Below are positions 60,445-64,000 of a stretch of DNA of 64,000 bases, piece after piece. The translations under genes and the position numbers were made by a program. The notes beneath the pieces were generated by a model. The model did no database searches. It was not told the DNA's origin and was given only the letters and a program-made list of their open reading frames with translations. The DNA comes from Cyanophora paradoxa CCMP329 (lineage: Eukaryota > Plantae > Glaucophyta): the NCBI GenBank assembly GCA_004431415.1, contig QPMI01000097.1:1-64000 (forward strand), read 5' to 3'. Position 1 is the first letter of the stretch. Each line of letters opens with the position of its first letter.

Positions 60445-62515
60445 TCAGGAGGCCTTAAGAACCTTGATCTCGGATGTCTGGCGGCGGAGGAGCGAGAGGA
60501 GGAGGGTGGAGGCAACAGCTGCGAAGAGAAGGGAGCCGATGGTGCTGTAAGGCTGTGGAAGCACGGAGAGGGGCCCCAGAGGGAAGGTTGGGAGCTGGCC
60601 AGGCGCCTCAGCCGATGGGGAGGATGAAAAAGCTTCAGTAGCGGTTTCCTCAAGGCGGGCAATCTCGGTAAAGAGAGCGCCGAGGGCCCAGCCGAGCTCG
60701 ACCCCTCGCACCTACTGCAGCGCTCGCGACATCGTGCGCAGGCCAGCGGGGCAGCGCGCCTGGGCGGCGAGGTGAAGGACGGGGGCGTCGCGGCGGACGC
60801 CGAAGCCGTCTGTGAGAAGCGTCGCGAAGTATGCGCCCGCGAAGCAGAGCTCCGAGGCGTACTGCGCCCCGGCCCGCCCTGACACCTCCGCCTGCCCCGC
60901 CTCAGCGCCCCCATAGTGCGGCTGTGTGATGACGTGCGTGCCTGGAGGTCCTCCCAAGGGGTGGAGCAAGCGGCACGCCCCGCCTCCTCGAAATGGGCGG
61001 GAGAGACATTGCCTGGTGCGCGTGAGTGGCGCGAGTGGGTGCGGGCGGGGCGCGGACCCGAGAGGCCGAGGGTAGTCCCCCGGTCGTAGTAGTACGCAAA
61101 GGTCACAAAACGAGTGACAGCGACGGCGGAACCCTGCTCTTGACGCGCCCACGCCCCGACACCGCCCTCTAGGAGGCCTCGGACCATCTGAGTTCCTGTT
61201 CAGGAAGGCCGCGGCAGCGGCCTCTGCGCCAGGCTGCGCACGTCGGCACACTGTCCGTAGTCGCCGGCGCCCTCCGCCACGTACGACTGGCCGTCCGCAA
61301 GCTTCCGCTCCTCCCGCAGTCTGCAGCCTGTCATGCCGCGGCCACTCGCATGCGCGCAACGTACCCGCTCGGGAGGCAGGGGTCCGCGATGGCGGCGGGC
61401 GAGGCGGGGACTGGTGCTTCCGCGGGGACAGGCTCGAGGGTGGCGGACGACGCTGCGGCGAGGTCCAAAAGCCTGGAGCTATGTCGCGCGATCGCCTGAT
61501 ACAGTCCGAAGCCCAGGTGGCTCCTCGAGTACCTGGCCGATTTCAGTGCAGGTGTCGCGCACTGCGGTGCATCGCGCACAGATTCTCCACGGCGCGGGCG
61601 ACGGATGCACCAGCCTCAGCGGCCGCGACAGGCGGCAGGAAGGCGATCTGCGTTGATGCTGGCACCACAGGGTCAGCCGCGCGGCGAACAGGGGGTCGAG
61701 ACGCGCACCCCCGCCCATGTCCAAAATGCCGTACGTCTCCTCTCCTTTTCCCAGCGTCCTCATCAGGTAATTAGCCTGCGTTGGCGGGCGGGTAGGCGCG
61801 CCGTCGGTTTAGCTAGCAAGTGGCCCGCTTACTAGCAAGAGGCCCGCTTACCTGCACCCACGCGAAGACACCTGTGCCGGCTCAGATCGCGAATAGCGCG
61901 GGGTGGAGTATGTTGCGCACCTTCTTGCTGGCCTGTGATGACGGCCGCCCAGGGTCGCTTGAAGAGGAACGGCGACTGGTTCGACAAAAAGTCGCGTATG
62001 CTTTCCAGCAGGCGGTCTTGAGTTGCCTCGGGCAGGAGGCGCATGCTGGATACACGTCAGCCCGTCGGCCCGACTGCGTCCCGACGCGGACTGCAAGCGC
62101 GGACCCTGCTGTTGCTTTGAAGAAGACTGGGGAGGAAGCATGCAGGTGGGCGGGAACTTTGGACATCGCAAAGTGAATCAGAGGGAGCAGCGCTGCTCCC
62201 GCAGCCTCCGGATCGCCTGCGTAAGACGAGACCCCTGCAAGCGAGACATGAGCGCCGGTCCCGGCGGGGCGTGTCGCTCCGAGCTGCACCGGGCTTGGTG
62301 GAGGTGGTCCAGCTCTCCACCATCTCCAGGCCGTCGTCACTGGAAGTGCGGAGCTGATACACGTTGATGCGCGTCCCCGTGCTCCCCGCATCGACCACGC
62401 AGCCGAAGCGCTCATGCCGCGCCCCGCCGCCAGCATCCACAACTGCAGCGCACGATGAGGAGTACAGTGCGAGCGCTGCCAGCAGCGACGCTGCTGCCGG
62501 CAAGAAGCCGCGCAT
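60445..62515 (-). CDS. Apyrase / NTPDase (GDA1/CD39 family, multi-exon)
   Basis: ACR1 VVDAGSTGTRINVY, KATAG, ITGQQEG, GILDMGG, LCFAGAY, LGWALGA; N-terminal signal and C-terminal TM segment. Confidence 0.92.
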
Positions 62516-62696
62516 TGGTTTGCCGTACCCCGCGGTCCCGACGCCAGGGACGCCTCGGACGCCGGGCGCCCGGACGCCGGACGATTGACGGCGACGGCTG
62601 GCAGAGGGGGCGCTGCCTAGGCTAGTTCAATTGCAATCCGAAGCGGCAGCTCAGCTGCGCCTGCAGCTATTGAGCGCCTCCGAGCGTTACCGCGCC

Positions 62697-64000
62697 ATGG
62701 AAGACGAAAGACCGAGCTCAGGGGCGCCCGACTTCGCGGAGACCGAGCGCGAGCTCTACGCGTCGCTGCAGTCCGCTAGTGAGCTCGAACATTCGTGCTA
62801 CAACTTAGTAGGCAAGCATGCTCAGCAGGACCATGGTCTCGTGCGTCTGCTGGGCCTGAACAGCGCTATAACCGCTTTCATCCTCGTGTTGTACCTTCTC
62901 CTGCGCCGCTTCGCCCCGAGCTTTTACTGCAGGCGCCAAAGGTACGTGCTTGCCCTGCTGCATTTTTGACGTGACACAATCGCGTAGGTTACCTTTGAAG
63001 ACATGGATCGCATCCGTTTGGACGGCTGGCTTCGATGAGGTCGTCCAGTTTTGCGGAAAGGAGGCGGTGCGCCCCACTCAAACTGCCCAACAGTTGCTGT
63101 CTTCAGAAATGCTTCTGAATGAGAACCAGGCTTTCTACCTGGCGTTCCAACGCATGTTGCTTTGCCTGACGACATCCATGCTCGTTGTTGCGCTCCCTTC
63201 GACACTCCCGAGTGCGATTTCACGACCAGCGATTTCAGGCAATTTTTCTGACGGCCCCGCAGTTAACCTTTCCGGCGGCCGCTGCGACGGGTTCGTAGCT
63301 ACAACTTCGAGCAACCTTCCCCTGGGTCCGTCGGTCAAGCTCTGGGCGCATGCTGGGACGGCCATTGCACAGTCGATACTTGCATGGTTTACGATCTACC
63401 ATTTTTCGCGGTGGTTCGACGAGACCCGAGGCGTCTTCAACCCTGCCGCCGCGGCTGGCCAGTTCGGCGACGTTGCGCGGCGCTCGGTAATGATGCGCCA
63501 TGTGGGTCGATCGGTGACAGAAGACGAGATTCGGGAGACCCTCGACCAAGCGTATCCCGTGCGTAGCCCTCTCCGATCCCGAAGTATAACTGACGACCAG
63601 TTCAGGGCTTCGTGCTCAATGTGAAGCGCACGTACCATCTGAGGCACCTCACGGACCTTCTTGCCGGTGCCCCTCGCCGCGCCCGCCTCCTCTCCCCTCC
63701 CTCACGGCCCCATGATGCAGAGCGGGAGGAACTGGTGCAGCTCGCCCTTATTTCGCTGCGCCCGCTCCGCTTGAGCGGGACGTAGGTCAAGGCGCTGGGT
63801 CGGGCGACGGCTGTGGGGCGGGCGCAGCAGGGCAGCATGGTGGCGCTCGAGTCGACCGGGTTCGACAGCGGCGGCCGCTGGCCCGGCGGGGCGGCTCACT
63901 AAGGGGCTGGTTGCGCAGTGAGGCGCCTCCGGAGCGGCTGCTCTCCTCGACGGCCCCGGCGCCCGTCCGCGCGGACACCGTCTTCATCCACTCGCCGCAG
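62697..64000 (+). CDS. OSCA/CSC1/TMEM63-like membrane channel, 5' part
   Basis: LGLNSAITAFILVLYLLLRRFAPSFY, DEVVQFCGKEA..FYLAFQRML, KLWAH, RRSVMMRHV; runs off the window. Confidence 0.7.

Overview
GC-rich eukaryotic (protist/algal-type) genomic DNA with short GT-AG introns. Positions 1 to ~23.95 kb are the right-hand part of an intronless endogenous DNA virus that runs off the left edge. After reading through many single-base frameshifts it encodes an A32-like packaging ATPase, VLTF3, a poxvirus A22/RuvC-like resolvase, two HUH endonucleases, a probable minor capsid protein, three fibre/adhesin-type proteins, a tandem paralog pair and a degenerate HNH protein. This gene set matches mriyaviruses (small Yaravirus-like relatives of Nucleocytoviricota), not Polintons or virophages. 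Most viral genes share an upstream (A/T)-rich-TC(T/G) motif, and the end region has three (GGGACTT)n telomere-like arrays in inverted and direct orientation. No major capsid protein, primase-helicase or integrase is recognisable here. The remainder is host DNA: a GT-C glycosyltransferase, V-ATPase B, TMF1-like golgin, an RWP-RK+PAS factor, UNG, USB1, a CH-domain protein, NAA15, an apyrase and an OSCA/CSC1-like gene. It also contains a 3.9-kb TIR element with RSS-like CACAGCG ends and a dispersed repeat family associated with captured host-gene fragments. Protein identities come from motif recognition by eye; no searches were run, and coordinates of frameshifted or spliced genes are approximate.
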